Shown piece after piece: positions 11,849-21,706 of a DNA stretch of 64,000 nucleotides. The notes under the pieces are model-generated. The model was not told the origin of the DNA. It saw only the letters and a list, made by a program, of their open reading frames with translations, and ran no database searches. Each line of letters opens with the position of its first letter. The first letter of the stretch is position 1. This DNA is from Candidatus Gottesmanbacteria bacterium UBA6580 (GTDB lineage Bacteria; Patescibacteriota; Microgenomatia; UBA10105; UBA927). The DNA lies in the NCBI GenBank assembly GCA_002433895.1, contig DJJA01000003.1:376881-440880 (forward strand), given 5' to 3'. Both the position numbers and the translations under genes were made by a program.

Positions 11849-12682
11849 ATGCCACCGAAAGCAAAAAAGAAGCGTGCATCATTAAAACTCGATGAGATGA
11901 CCGGTCAGATAAAAAATACTGATACCCCGGAAGTGACCGTTCCTGAACAAAGCGAGCCGCCTGTGCGGCAAGTGGTGGAAGTCGTGGAGGAGGGCGCAGT
12001 ACCGGAAGCAATTGAAACGATTAAAAAAGATGCAGAGGAAATAGAAGAAGCAGTAGAAGCGATAGAGGAAGAAGTTGAACAAATGAAAGAAGAAGTGGAG
12101 CCGGATGTGGTAGCATCACCGCGTATGCAGGAAGAAGCAGAAGAAAATTCCAAAGGAGTAGGTTCATTATTTGTAAAGTCAGAGCCTGGGGTTACACCTG
12201 AAATTACGGTTGTCGGGAAGCGGGGTCCGTCTCTCGGGGTATGGGTCGGGGCTATGCTTGGGGTCGCGCTTGCTATCGGCGTATCGCTCATTCTCTTGGT
12301 TCGTGGGCCATCAACGTTGCCATTTTTTGCCGCGAAGCCCACGCCGACACCAACGCCGACGGTTGCTGCTCCTTCGCCAACTCCCGCTACAGTCACGAAA
12401 AGTGACGTAAAGGTGTCTGTTATAAACGGAGGAGGAACTCCTGGAGCCGGCAGTAAAATGAAAACGTTTTTGGAAGAAAAAGGGTACACCGTAGTCAGTG
12501 TCGGAAACGCGGAGGAGTATACCTATACCGATACGGAAGTATTGGTGAAATCCGGCAAGGAAGATTACGCAAAGTTACTGTCTGAAGATTTGAAAGCGGA
12601 TTATGTATTGGGCACATCTTCTGCCACCGTTGAAGATAGCGCTGAATATGACGCGCAGGTAATCGTCGGTAAAGAGGAATAA
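11849..12682 (+). CDS. LytR_C domain membrane protein with acidic N-terminal region and Pro/Thr linker
   Basis: E-rich N-terminus, single TM, PTPTPT linker, C-terminal VKVSVINGGGTPGAGSKMKTFLEEKGY LytR_C-like domain. Confidence 0.6.
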   Translation: MPPKAKKKRASLKLDEMTGQIKNTDTPEVTVPEQSEPPVRQVVEVVEEGAVPEAIETIKKDAEEIEEAVEAIEEEVEQMKEEVEPDVVASPRMQEEAEENSKGVGSLFVKSEPGVTPEITVVGKRGPSLGVWVGAMLGVALAIGVSLILLVRGPSTLPFFAAKPTPTPTPTVAAPSPTPATVTKSDVKVSVINGGGTPGAGSKMKTFLEEKGYTVVSVGNAEEYTYTDTEVLVKSGKEDYAKLLSEDLKADYVLGTSSATVEDSAEYDAQVIVGKEE

Positions 12683-12715
12683 GCGCGCCTCATCAGAGAA
12701 GAGCGTAGGATCCCC

Positions 12716-13462
12716 ATGAAATATAAAGCCATCATTATGGATGTTGATGGTACGAGTGTGCCAAACGCTATTGATGGTGTGCCAACCCCACGGGTAGTGC
12801 GCGCAGTTGAAGCCGCACAAAGGCAGGCACATGTCTCTGTATGCACCAGCAGACCCATATTTATCGCCAAAGATGTTATCCATGCGTTGGGTATCTATGA
12901 CCCGTGCGGCATAAACGACGCAACACAAATATATGATCCTACAAAGAAAAAAATAGTCAAAACATTTGCGTTGCCCCAAAAGGAAATCGGCCTGGTTTCC
13001 GATTTTTTCGCGAAAAAGAAATTGCGGTTTATGGTAAACACCGGTGAGACAGAGGAGTATTATGAGGGTGGCCCATTTCCTGATGAAGTGTGTTCATTGT
13101 GTGTACCGGAAGTGCCGGTGCAAATCGCCATGGCGCTTCGGGATGAGCTTACCAAAATAGCAAATATTTCTGTGCAAACACCGCCATCGTACGAAAAGGG
13201 AAACGTGTGGGTGTCGGTAACGAGCGCCACGGCCACCAAGCTTCATAGCGTGGTCGAAATATGCACGCGTATCGGGGTGCGGCCGGAAGAAACAATCGGC
13301 ATTGGGGATGGATACAATGATTTTCCGCTTTTGGAAGCGTGTGGTCTAAAAATTGCCATGGGAAACGCGGTGCCGGAGTTAAAAGCAGTTGCTGATTTTA
13401 TCGCGCCGACGGTCGCCGAAGACGGGGTAGCTACAGTGATCGAGAAGTTTATCCTTTCGTAA
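12716..13462 (+). CDS. HAD-IIB (Cof-like) phosphatase
   Basis: Motif I IIMDVDGT, motif IV GDGYNDFPLL. Confidence 0.8.
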   Translation: MKYKAIIMDVDGTSVPNAIDGVPTPRVVRAVEAAQRQAHVSVCTSRPIFIAKDVIHALGIYDPCGINDATQIYDPTKKKIVKTFALPQKEIGLVSDFFAKKKLRFMVNTGETEEYYEGGPFPDEVCSLCVPEVPVQIAMALRDELTKIANISVQTPPSYEKGNVWVSVTSATATKLHSVVEICTRIGVRPEETIGIGDGYNDFPLLEACGLKIAMGNAVPELKAVADFIAPTVAEDGVATVIEKFILS

Positions 13463-13512
13463 TACCCCTCAACCCTCCTCTTGCGCTCCATTTGATGGTA
13501 AAATGAACCCGT

Positions 13513-14736
13513 ATGAAATATTACATCAAAACATTCGGTTGTGCGGCCAACGAGGCGGACTCGGAGCGTGTTGCCGCGCTATACGAAGCGCGCGGGTACA
13601 AGCGCAGTAAGACAATGAAGGCCGCTGATGACGTGGTGATCAACACCTGTATGATCAGGGCATCTGCCGAGCACCGGGTCTACGGATTGGTATACAACCT
13701 TACCCAAGAAAAGAAAAAAGGCAGAAAAGTAAAAATTGTAGTCACTGGGTGTATGGTGGGGATGGCAGCACGCGAAAAAACCGGAAAGATGCTGGCAACG
13801 CTAGCCAAAAAAATGCCGGGCGTGGATGAATTTTTACCCATCGAAGAAGTTGGATTTGATTTTGCGCCTATACGAACCAATGCACATCATGCATGGGTGC
13901 CGATCGCCAATGGGTGTAATAATTTCTGCACGTTTTGTGTCGTGCCGTTTACCAGAGGACGGGAGATCAGTAGACCCATGGGCGATATCATCACTGAAGT
14001 GCGGGAGCTTGCCGCGAAAGGAATGGCGCATATTACGCTCGTGGGACAGAATGTTAATTCATACGGTGCTGATTTACTGGTTGGCGCGGACAATGTACAG
14101 GTGATGAGGGATTTACCGGATAAGCAATATTTCCGTATCGAGAAAGAGGGCAAGATAAATGAAAAAACATTTATGGTAGAAGGTAGGCAAATGAAACCCA
14201 CGTATGTCAAACACCTGGGAAGATTACGTATACCTACTTTGTTTCCGCAGCTTCTTACCGCGATAAGCGAAATTGAGGGGATAGAGGTTATTGATTTTAT
14301 TTCCAGTAATCCTTGGGATTTTTCGGACGACTTGATAAATGTGATTGCAGGTAATGAAAAAATTTCCCGTCATATCCATTTACCCGTACAGGCGGGGGAT
14401 AACGATGTACTGAAAAAAATGAACCGTTGGTATACGCGGGAAGAATACCTCGCGCTGGTTTCCAAACTGAAGGCACGCGTTAAGGGGGTCACTATAAGTA
14501 CGGATATTATTGTAGGATTTCCCGGAGAGACTGCAACCCAGTTTGAAAATACGGTGAAGCTTGCACGAGAGGTCGGGTTTAGTAAGGCATATGTTGCCAT
14601 TTATTCCGATAGGCCTATGACGGCAGCGCATAAAGCGCTAACAGACAATATCCCTTTTGCCGAAAAGAAGCGCCGCTGGAGTGTGCTAGAAGAGTTAGTT
14701 AATAAAACAAATTTGCGCGCTGGTACGTACAAATGA
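13513..14736 (+). CDS. miaB: tRNA-2-methylthio-N6-dimethylallyladenosine synthase MiaB (radical SAM methylthiotransferase)
   Basis: N-terminal MTTase domain, radical SAM CNNFCTFCVVP, TRAM-like C-terminus; followed by miaA. Confidence 0.85.
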   Translation: MKYYIKTFGCAANEADSERVAALYEARGYKRSKTMKAADDVVINTCMIRASAEHRVYGLVYNLTQEKKKGRKVKIVVTGCMVGMAAREKTGKMLATLAKKMPGVDEFLPIEEVGFDFAPIRTNAHHAWVPIANGCNNFCTFCVVPFTRGREISRPMGDIITEVRELAAKGMAHITLVGQNVNSYGADLLVGADNVQVMRDLPDKQYFRIEKEGKINEKTFMVEGRQMKPTYVKHLGRLRIPTLFPQLLTAISEIEGIEVIDFISSNPWDFSDDLINVIAGNEKISRHIHLPVQAGDNDVLKKMNRWYTREEYLALVSKLKARVKGVTISTDIIVGFPGETATQFENTVKLAREVGFSKAYVAIYSDRPMTAAHKALTDNIPFAEKKRRWSVLEELVNKTNLRAGTYK

Positions 14737-15698
14737 CCAAGGTGCTTATTATCACAGGTGCTACCGCGACCGGAAAAACTAAACTGGCAACCGCCGTCGC
14801 CAAGGAATTGGGTGGTGAGCTCGTGAGCGCTGATTCCCGCCAAATTTATAAAAGGCTTGATATTATTTCCGGTAAAGATATCCATCCGGGTGACACGTCC
14901 CGTCACCAAAAAACAGTTCTGTTCCGTGGTGAAAAATATCCGCTTGTAACGTATCAGATCGATGGTATACCGGTGTGGCTGTATGACGCTGTGTCACCCG
15001 ATCAGCCATGTAGTATTGCGTTATACCGTTCGCTCGCCCGTGCAGCTATTGCGGACATCGTTTCCCGGGGGAAGCTGCCAATTATCGTTGGAGGGGCCGG
15101 ATTGTACATACAAGCAGTGACTGATACGCCCGAGACAATTGATGTGCCCATGGACAACCTGGCGCGCCGGCGTTGGGATTTACTTACGGTGGAAGCATTG
15201 CAAAAGGAACTTATTGGCATTGATCAGGCGCGGCTGTCACGCATGAATAATTCTGACAGGAACAACCCCCGGCGGCTTATACGTGCACTCGAAGTTGCAC
15301 GGTGGCTTGCACAACACAAAGAACTCGGAAAAAAAATGAAAGAATTTCATGCATTATGGATTGGTCTCCGAAACACAGTATCGGATATGGAACATGGCAT
15401 CCGTGAGCGCGTTCGATCCCGATGGAAAAGTGGTGCTGTCGATGAAGTAAAAAAACTCGGTGACATGGCGCCGCATTTGCCGGCAGTAAGCACTCTCGGT
15501 ATCGCTGCAATCACTGACTATATCCGTAATATAAAAACGGAAGAAGAAGCCATGGAAGCATGGGCGAAGGAGGAAATCGCATACGCCAAACGGCAAGCCG
15601 TGTGGTTTAAGAAAAACAAACATATACACTGGTTTGACAGCGGTCAAGACGGGCTCGCAACACTTGTAGTGAAGGTTGTGCGTGAGTGGTATACTTAA
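14733..15698 (+). CDS. miaA: tRNA dimethylallyltransferase MiaA
   Basis: P-loop ITGATATGKT, SADSRQIYK motif; start overlaps the miaB stop. Confidence 0.9.
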   Translation: MTKVLIITGATATGKTKLATAVAKELGGELVSADSRQIYKRLDIISGKDIHPGDTSRHQKTVLFRGEKYPLVTYQIDGIPVWLYDAVSPDQPCSIALYRSLARAAIADIVSRGKLPIIVGGAGLYIQAVTDTPETIDVPMDNLARRRWDLLTVEALQKELIGIDQARLSRMNNSDRNNPRRLIRALEVARWLAQHKELGKKMKEFHALWIGLRNTVSDMEHGIRERVRSRWKSGAVDEVKKLGDMAPHLPAVSTLGIAAITDYIRNIKTEEEAMEAWAKEEIAYAKRQAVWFKKNKHIHWFDSGQDGLATLVVKVVREWYT

Positions 15699-16681
15699 AG
15701 GAAGCTATGCCAACCAAAATAGAAATTTCTCATAAGACGATAATATTTACGCTGGTACTCATCGCCGCGGTATGGCTGGTGTTACAGATACGCGATATTC
15801 TGTTTTTGCTTTTTATATCATTTATTCTCATGTCTGCGCTGCGGCCAATCGTCGATGGCATGAGTAAGTTACGGATCCCAAGGTTTATTTCGATATTGTT
15901 GTTATACGGGCTTATATTTGGCGGGTTGGGAGCGGGAGTCCTCAGCATGATCCCGACGCTTAGCAGCCAGTCAAGTAAGTTATTTACCCAGTTGCCAGAG
16001 TTTTTGTCCCGGATATTCCCGTATATTTCATCTGATGTCCGTTCACTATTGCAACAGGCGGGGCCTGTTGGCGAAAATTTATTACGGGTGACGGTCGGCG
16101 TGTTTTCAAATGCAATCGCGGTGGTGACAGTGATGACATTCACCTTTTACTTTTTATTGGAACGGAAGCACCTCGAAAACTTCCTTGCCGGTTTCCTTGG
16201 TGGTGACACGGGGAGCCGGGTGTTTACCGTGCTCTTGCAGATTGAAAAGCGCCTGGGAGCGTGGGTATTGGGGCAGGTGTGTCTTATGATATTTATTGGT
16301 CTATTGGTCTACGGCGGGTTGTTTTTCCTGAGGGTAGAATATGCTTTGCCTTTGGCTATATTTGCAGGAATTCTGGAAATCGTTCCGACGATTGGCCCTA
16401 CAGTATCCGCTATCCCTGCAATATTGGTAGCCTTTGGAAGTTCGCCAATTCTCGCCCTCTCGGTAGCCGCGCTTTATATTATTGTTCAACAGATAGAAAA
16501 TAACTTATTGGTGCCGCTTGTTATGAAACAAAGCGTTGGGTTGCCGCCGGTGCTTACTATTTTGGCGCTTATGATCGGGGCCAAATTTGGCGGAGTCGCA
16601 GGGGCAGTGCTGGCAGTGCCGGTGCTTATATCTATTCAAGAAATTGTTAATTCACTCCCTGTTTCTTCTAAGGGAAAATAG
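15686..16681 (+). CDS. AI-2E family transporter (PerM/UPF0118)
   Basis: Eight TM helices with AI-2E-like topology and conserved GLVGAxLAVP-type C-terminal segment; alternative start at 15707. Confidence 0.75.
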   Translation: MVYLKEAMPTKIEISHKTIIFTLVLIAAVWLVLQIRDILFLLFISFILMSALRPIVDGMSKLRIPRFISILLLYGLIFGGLGAGVLSMIPTLSSQSSKLFTQLPEFLSRIFPYISSDVRSLLQQAGPVGENLLRVTVGVFSNAIAVVTVMTFTFYFLLERKHLENFLAGFLGGDTGSRVFTVLLQIEKRLGAWVLGQVCLMIFIGLLVYGGLFFLRVEYALPLAIFAGILEIVPTIGPTVSAIPAILVAFGSSPILALSVAALYIIVQQIENNLLVPLVMKQSVGLPPVLTILALMIGAKFGGVAGAVLAVPVLISIQEIVNSLPVSSKGK

Positions 16682-16694
16682 GTTTTTTGTGCAC

Positions 16695-17045
16695 CTTGGG
16701 ATCCTCGTAAGCCAGATTCTGTTTTCCGCCGGTTGGCGGATGACTCTCATTTCTCTAATGCCCGTAAAATTCGGTCCTCCCAAATGCGTGGTAGTAACGG
16801 ACCAGTCTCCGGTTGCAGCGGGTGGGATTGCCAACGTTTCACCCATCTTCCGAGCCTATTCGGCTTGCGGCTGATGATCGTCTCTGTGGCTCTCTCAATC
16901 TGTCAGTTCAGATTTCGTTCCTGACTCCTTACGGAGTCAGGACACCCGATCTTACGACGCTCCGCTTACGCGGAGTCCCCTGCATTTCGCTGTCTGGACT
17001 TTCCTATACGTACGTGTAACCGTATATATCGAGAATCCGGGTTCC
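16695..17045 (-). ncRNA. rnpB: RNase P RNA (bacterial type A)
   Basis: On the minus strand: P4 5' strand AGGAAAGUCCAGAC, GGGUGAAACG module, P4 3' strand ACAGAAUCUGGCUUA; P1 pairing GGAUUCUCG/CGAGGAUCC; fills a 445-nt gap that otherwise holds only short three-frame spurious ORFs. Ends approximate. Confidence 0.7.
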
Positions 17046-17126
17046 CAAAGTGCAGCTTATAGTATACACCATTACTGTGAGATATTCCACTGAAATATAT
17101 ACTATTTCCGAGTATCGTAGGGGATA

Positions 17127-18653
17127 ATGCTTGCCAAAATTCTGTCCGGAGCAGTCGTGGGTCTCGACGCAATACCGGTTACGGTAGAGGTAGATATTTC
17201 TTCAAAAAGTCTTCCGTCATTTACTATAGTCGGTTTACCGGACAAAGCTGTGGAAGAAAGCAAGGAGCGGGTGAGGTCGGCAATCAAAAACAGCGGCGCT
17301 GAATTTCCCAATCACCGTATTACCGTCAATTTAGCACCCGCTGATCTTCCAAAGATAGGCCCTGCATATGATCTTCCCATAGCATTGGGTATGTTAATCG
17401 CCTCCGGTCAGCTCGCGCCGGTTGCAGATGGCGCGTTGTTCGTGGGTGAGTTGTCGCTTGATGGCGGGTTAAGGCATACAAACGGAATTTTGCCGTTAGC
17501 ATTGATGGGTCGGGATCAGATGCTCGCCGACACGTTGTACGTGCCTGCTCCTGATGCGAAAGAAGCTTCGGTGATTAAAGGTTTACGGATTATATCCGTG
17601 CCCACGCTTTTGGCATTGTTCCGCCATTTATCCAAAAGTGAAACGTTGCCGGTGTACCCCCATACCCCTTTTTCAGAGGTAAGCATCCCGCAGGGATTTG
17701 AGTTTGATTTTGCTGACGTTACCGGACAGGAACATGTCAAGCGGGTGCTCGAAATTGCGGCAGCAGGAGGACACAATGTGTTTATGCAAGGTCCGCCAGG
17801 GGCAGGGAAGACAATGCTGGCACGTACTCTTCCTTCGATTTTGCCCGCGATGACCGAGGAAGAGGCAATAGAGGTCACCAAAGTGTATTCGGTGACGGGA
17901 AACTTATCCCAGGGTGAATCACTGGTAAAGTACCGCCCGTTTCGCTCACCGCATCATACGACTTCCCGTATTGGCCTCATTGGGGGTGGCACCCGGCCAA
18001 TGCCGGGAGAGATATCGTTGGCGCACCGGGGCGTATTGTTTCTGGATGAGTTTCCGGAGTATCCCCGTCATGTACTGGAGGCATTGCGGCAGCCGGTAGA
18101 AGATGGTATCGTCACTATTTCGCGCGCGGTGGGCACCATGCGGTATCCGGCGAAATTTATGCTCGTGGCCGCGGCAAATCCTTGTCCATGCGGTAACTTT
18201 CATTCGGTAGCGCGGCCATGCACCTGTCTCCCTGGTATGGTAGCGCGATATCAAAAGCGGATTTCAGGACCCCTCATAGACCGTATTGACTTGCATGTAC
18301 AGGTGCCGGTTGTTCCTTCGCACAAGCTCGGTATCGATATGGCGCCTGCGGAGCCATCCAAAGCGGTGCAAAAAAGAGTGCAGCGCGCGAGGGATATCCA
18401 GACAAAGCGCTTTGCGGGGACAAAAGTGACCTGCAACGGTGAGATGAGCACGAAGTTGGTGAGAGAATATTGCGTGTTGCCTTCTGATGCCGGTGATTTT
18501 TTGCGTCAGGCGGTCGCGAAAATGGGACTATCCGCACGCAGTTATTACCGGATTTTGAAGGTATCGCGGACTATTTCTGATCTTGCCGGGGCGACACATA
18601 TACGCCTTCAGCATGTTGCAGAAGCGCTCCAGTACCGTCCGCATGAAGTATAG
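17127..18653 (+). CDS. comM: YifB/ComM family Mg-chelatase-like AAA+ ATPase
   Basis: N-terminal Lon-like domain, Walker A GPPGAGKTM, Walker B VLFLDEFPE, C-terminal ComM domain. Confidence 0.9.
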   Translation: MLAKILSGAVVGLDAIPVTVEVDISSKSLPSFTIVGLPDKAVEESKERVRSAIKNSGAEFPNHRITVNLAPADLPKIGPAYDLPIALGMLIASGQLAPVADGALFVGELSLDGGLRHTNGILPLALMGRDQMLADTLYVPAPDAKEASVIKGLRIISVPTLLALFRHLSKSETLPVYPHTPFSEVSIPQGFEFDFADVTGQEHVKRVLEIAAAGGHNVFMQGPPGAGKTMLARTLPSILPAMTEEEAIEVTKVYSVTGNLSQGESLVKYRPFRSPHHTTSRIGLIGGGTRPMPGEISLAHRGVLFLDEFPEYPRHVLEALRQPVEDGIVTISRAVGTMRYPAKFMLVAAANPCPCGNFHSVARPCTCLPGMVARYQKRISGPLIDRIDLHVQVPVVPSHKLGIDMAPAEPSKAVQKRVQRARDIQTKRFAGTKVTCNGEMSTKLVREYCVLPSDAGDFLRQAVAKMGLSARSYYRILKVSRTISDLAGATHIRLQHVAEALQYRPHEV

Positions 18654-18660
18654 GGAAAAC

Positions 18661-18693
18661 AAAACCCCGCACCCAAAGGGTGCGGGGTATTTT
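18661..18693. terminator. Bidirectional intrinsic terminator between comM (+) and a small minus-strand gene
   Basis: AAAACCCCGCACCC-AAAG-GGTGCGGGGTATTTTG: perfect GC-rich hairpin flanked by A-run on one side and T-run on the other. Confidence 0.8.
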
Positions 18694-18703
18694 GATAAAA
18701 CGT

Positions 18704-18859
18704 CTTACCAGAAAAAAATTAGCCACCAATCTTGTACATTCCTGTACCACAGACCGGGCATTTGCCTTTCATAGCCGGTTTGCCATTTTTCATGGTAACT
18801 TTGACGGCGTTTGGATCTTCACGCTTCGCGCGGCATTTTACACAATACATTTGTGCCAT
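18704..18859 (-). CDS. Small zinc-ribbon protein (51 aa, CxxC...CxxC), absent from ORF track
   Basis: GGAGGTG SD 11 nt upstream of ATG; MAQMYCVKCRAKRE...KGKCPVCGTGMYKIGG; ends at the bidirectional terminator. Confidence 0.6.
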
Positions 18860-18893
18860 AGTAGTATTCACCTCCTTTCACCACAATACGTTG

Positions 18894-19283
18894 TTATTGC
18901 GGCAATGATCGAGCGAGCAGGAATTCACTGATAAGTATAATCGTCGTAAAAATAATGGTTTTTAGTATGTCCGCGCGCAATACCCGCGATTCTTCCGGGC
19001 TGACTGCTATGGCAGATGGGGCTTTGCGGATAGCCGGAAGTGTGAATGAAACCTGGGATACCGGCAATGGTTGCACCGTAGCATCTGGTGCGATTTGGAT
19101 TGCCACAGGGGATAGTTTCGTTCTGTGACGCTGGGCGAGCAGTTTTTCCTTTTTGGTTTTCTTCGGCATACTGCGTAATATCCGTGCGCATGAGCGTAGC
19201 ATAGCCCGGCTTCGGTTGTCAAATAAAATAGCCTCAATGTGAAGCAGTATGGTATTACATGCTCCGGAAACCGTGATTGACAA
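18894..19283 (-). CDS. Hypothetical protein (129 aa), possibly co-transcribed with the zinc-ribbon gene
   Basis: ORF ends 34 nt upstream of the small gene; no recognisable domain; start uncertain. Confidence 0.25.
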   Translation of the reverse strand: MSITVSGACNTILLHIEAILFDNRSRAMLRSCARILRSMPKKTKKEKLLAQRHRTKLSPVAIQIAPDATVQPLPVSQVSFTLPAIRKAPSAIAVSPEESRVLRADILKTIIFTTIILISEFLLARSLPQ

Positions 19284-19317
19284 AAATTAAACAGGAATCG
19301 TAATATAATGAATACGA

Positions 19318-19800
19318 ATGGTGTTCAGTAGCACATTACTTATTACCGGAATAGCCATAGGTTTTTTGTTGTGGCTCAGTATCATTTCCGCTTTGCTTAT
19401 TCGGATGATTTCCCATTATAATAGGTTAAGCAAAGGTGTCACGAAGCAGAGTCTTTTGGATGTGCTCGAATCTATACTCAGTTCTCTCCAGGATATAAAA
19501 GTCAGGAGTGTAGCACTTGAAAAAGTGACACGGGAACTGCAGGTAGACGGCGCATTACACGTGCAGCGAATTGGTATTGTCCGGTTTAATCCGTTTGCCG
19601 ATACCGGGGGAGCGCAGAGTTTTTCAATTGCGCTGCTTGATGGAAAAAATTCCGGTATTGTGATGACATCGCTGTATGCCAGGGCAGGGAACAGGTGGTA
19701 TATAAAAGAAATAGTATCGGGTAAAGGTAAGGATCTCGCGTTGTCAAAGGAAGAAGAGGCTGCTATAGACAACGCAAAGCATATAGGAGGAATATCATGA
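19318..19800 (+). CDS. DUF4446 family membrane protein
   Basis: N-terminal TM helix; RIGIVRFNPF...GGAQSFSIALLD segment typical of DUF4446. Confidence 0.6.
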   Translation: MVFSSTLLITGIAIGFLLWLSIISALLIRMISHYNRLSKGVTKQSLLDVLESILSSLQDIKVRSVALEKVTRELQVDGALHVQRIGIVRFNPFADTGGAQSFSIALLDGKNSGIVMTSLYARAGNRWYIKEIVSGKGKDLALSKEEEAAIDNAKHIGGIS

Positions 19801-20969
19801 ACAAGCAAAAATTTATCTCGACAATTATCGTCGGATTAGTACTTTACCTCATATCGACCGGTTTGTCGTTCGCAGCGTTTTCTTATTTGGGAAAGTCATC
19901 ACCCGGCACCAAAGCGCCTAATACACAAAATGGATCGCAGGAGCATTTTGCGATAGATCCTTCATTACCACGTACAGAAGCGTGTCCGATAAACGGTCAA
20001 TTGTATACCAAACAGGAAAAAGATATTTGGTCAGCACGTCGGCCGCTTGCCGTCATGATAGAAAATCACGAAGAATCACGGCCACAATCTGGATTATCCA
20101 AAGCAGATGTGGTGTATGAAGCGGTTGCCGAAGGTGGTATTACCCGGTTTATGGGTATTTATTACTGCGGAGCTGCGGCGGAATCGGTGAATTTGGCACC
20201 GGTTCGGAGCGCTCGGGAATACTATTTGCCTTGGGTCCTTGAGTACGACGCGCTGTATAACCATGTTGGAGGAGCCGGGCTTTGTAACGATAACACAGTC
20301 GATGAACGCGCTAAGGCGCTATGCCATATCCAGACATACAAGGTGAAAGATATGGATCAGTTTGGCATTTCATTCCCCACATGTTTTAGGAATTACGACC
20401 GGTTGGATCATCCGGTGGCAACCGAGCATACGATGGTGTGTGTTACCGATAAACTTATCGCGCTGGCTAAGCAGCGCGGATGGACGAACGTGGATGCGTC
20501 AGGTGTTCCTTGGGATAAGGGATTCCAATCATGGAAATTTAAAGATGACGCAAAAGAGAGTGAACGGGGAACAAATACGTCTATCAGCTTTTCTGCCTGG
20601 AAAGGTTACGAGAAGCAATATGGCGTACGGTGGGATTACGATAAAATAGCCAACGTTTATAAGCGTTACAACGGTGGTATCGCGCATACCGATTTAGAAA
20701 CCAAAGAGCAGCTTTCTGCAAAAGTGGTCGCAATACTGTTTGCGAAAGAGATCGGACCAGTCGACAGCCATGCCCACCTTCTGTATGAAAATATTGGGAG
20801 CGGGGAAGCAATTGTGTTCCAGGATGGTAAAGCGACAAAGGGGGTATGGAAGAAGGCGACAAGGAACGCGCGGACAATATTTTATGACTCAGCAAACAAA
20901 GAGATTACATTAACCCGCGGGCAAATATGGATAGAAATGCTGCCCACCGGAACAACAGTAACATACTAA
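19797..20969 (+). CDS. DUF3048 domain protein (YerB-like, secreted/lipoprotein)
   Basis: Signal/TM at N-terminus; RPLAVMIENHEESRPQSGL...YEAVAEGGITRFMGIYY DUF3048 N-domain signature. Confidence 0.65.
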   Translation: MNKQKFISTIIVGLVLYLISTGLSFAAFSYLGKSSPGTKAPNTQNGSQEHFAIDPSLPRTEACPINGQLYTKQEKDIWSARRPLAVMIENHEESRPQSGLSKADVVYEAVAEGGITRFMGIYYCGAAAESVNLAPVRSAREYYLPWVLEYDALYNHVGGAGLCNDNTVDERAKALCHIQTYKVKDMDQFGISFPTCFRNYDRLDHPVATEHTMVCVTDKLIALAKQRGWTNVDASGVPWDKGFQSWKFKDDAKESERGTNTSISFSAWKGYEKQYGVRWDYDKIANVYKRYNGGIAHTDLETKEQLSAKVVAILFAKEIGPVDSHAHLLYENIGSGEAIVFQDGKATKGVWKKATRNARTIFYDSANKEITLTRGQIWIEMLPTGTTVTY

Positions 20970-21008
20970 ACCTCTGCCCAAGCCGCCATCGGCGGAGAAG
21001 GAGGATAT

Positions 21009-21590
21009 ATGCTTCTTGAAGATCTGATTATCTCGCGTGTCAGAGTGAAGATGCTTTCATTATTTTTGAATAATCCCTCGACTATTTATCATGTCCGCGA
21101 AGTAGTGCGGCAGGTGGGTGAAGAAATAAACGCCGTGCGGCGGGAACTAGCACACCTTGAAAAAGGCGGGATGCTTGCTAAGGAGCAGCGCGCAAACAGA
21201 CTGTTTTACCGTTTCCGTAAAGAGTACCCGTTATATTTTGAGCTTATGGAGCTTGTGGGGAAAACAACAGGATTAGGATGGGATATCGTAAAAAATAAAG
21301 TGAAGCTCGGGAAAATCAAATATGCGATGCTTTCGGGTAGGTATTTGCGGGGATTGCCGCATAAAAGCAGCAGTGATGTAGATCTTTTGATTGTAGGATC
21401 GGTGGTATTGCCGGAATTATCCAATATGGTGAAAGGTGAAGAGGTGCGCCGGGAACGCGAGTTGAATTATACGGTAATGACAGAAGAAGAATTTGCATTC
21501 CGGAAACGCAGGCGTGATCCGTTTGTACTGGAGATATTAGCAGGCTCCCGGGTGATGCTCGTAGGCGATGAAGAAGAATTGGTGAGCTAA
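21009..21590 (+). CDS. Winged-HTH regulator fused to a minimal nucleotidyltransferase-like domain
   Basis: N-terminal wHTH (IYHVREVVRQVGEEINAVRRELAHLEKGGML); C-terminal hG[GS]-x10-DxD pattern SGRYLRGLPHKSSSDVDLLIVG. Confidence 0.5.
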   Translation: MLLEDLIISRVRVKMLSLFLNNPSTIYHVREVVRQVGEEINAVRRELAHLEKGGMLAKEQRANRLFYRFRKEYPLYFELMELVGKTTGLGWDIVKNKVKLGKIKYAMLSGRYLRGLPHKSSSDVDLLIVGSVVLPELSNMVKGEEVRRERELNYTVMTEEEFAFRKRRRDPFVLEILAGSRVMLVGDEEELVS

Positions 21591-21706
21591 CGTTTTTTTG
21601 TCAATCCGGTCTTGACCGGATGAGCCGCTAATAAATACAATACATAGATTCCGGTTCGCTTCGATTTTGCGAGGTGGACTCATAAATCAGAACGAAAAAT
21701 ACGTAT

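Noticed and set aside
11990-12130. Apparent tandem repetition (gaagaagcagtagaagcgatagaggaagaag...)
   Set aside because: Low-complexity Glu/Ala-rich coding sequence of the LytR_C protein N-terminus, not a discrete DNA repeat array; no CRISPR-like spacing.
16587-17020. Several 60-95-aa ORFs on both strands in the 16.6-17.0 kb gap
   Set aside because: The region is explained by RNase P RNA; the ORFs are GC-driven artefacts.
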